Source: a virus (taxonomy: Duplodnaviria > Caudoviricetes). From it: a stretch of 55,558 nt of DNA. A program made the position numbers and the translations under genes. The stretch lies in IMG/VR virus record IMGVR_UViG_3300021492_000002, positions 1-55,558 of that record; one strand, given 5' to 3'. The notes below the pieces were generated by a model. The model was not told the DNA's origin. It did not search any database and saw nothing but the letters and a program-made list of their open reading frames with translations. Below, in pieces: positions 55,540 to 55,558 of this stretch (within the stretch, counting starts at the first letter, position 1; every line of letters begins with the position of its first letter).

Positions 55540-55558
55540 ATTTCTCCTTTCCATTTTA

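Larger units (their letters stand above)
1..55558. mobile_element. Fragment of a large dsDNA virus (probable bacteriophage) genome
   Basis: Very high coding density with overlapping genes and long co-oriented blocks. Phage-type replication set (primase-helicase fusion, PolB, SSB, Cas4-like, resolvase, UDG), fibre-like and holin-like genes. No cellular housekeeping genes. No capsid or terminase recognised in the window. Confidence 0.85.

Overview
An AT-rich (about 35% GC by eye), gene-dense fragment of a large, divergent dsDNA virus-like genome, most likely a bacteriophage. A sigma-70-family factor, TTGACA promoters, GGAGG ribosome-binding sites, Sec signal peptides and outer-membrane-type proteins point to a diderm bacterial host. 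Layout: 0-17 kb, a co-oriented block of large uncharacterised, probably virion-structural genes. 17.3-27.4 kb, signal-peptide-bearing fibre/adhesin-like proteins (two tandem 651-aa paralogues, a W-repeat fibre), a DNRLRE-domain protein without a signal peptide, OMP-like and holin-like genes. 27.5-41.6 kb and 50-55.5 kb, DNA metabolism: family-4 UDG, ClpA/B-type AAA+, SSB, sigma factor, SF2 helicase, DnaG-DnaB primase-helicase, Cas4-like nuclease, RecA-like protein, family-B DNA polymerase, NDT-like protein, Holliday-junction-resolvase-like nuclease and an amino-methyltransferase. 41.5-50.2 kb, a second cluster of secreted Cys/Asp/Thr-rich proteins. The most striking unexplained signal is a highly iterated GC-rich quasi-palindrome, GAAG-(G/C)4-8-CTTC and its half-sites, with roughly 100 copies by eye. 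It sits inside coding sequence in all three reading frames and is nearly absent from one apparently foreign 3-kb segment. Other oddities: signal peptides overprinted on the 3' ends of upstream genes, dense D-(S/T)-hydrophobic sequons in the exported proteins, a shared C-terminal motif on three fibre genes, two stand-alone catalytically dead Hint-fold proteins, and inactive-looking RecA and Cas4-like paralogues. I did not recognise a capsid, terminase, portal, integrase, tRNA or CRISPR array. All family calls come from motif reading, not database searches.
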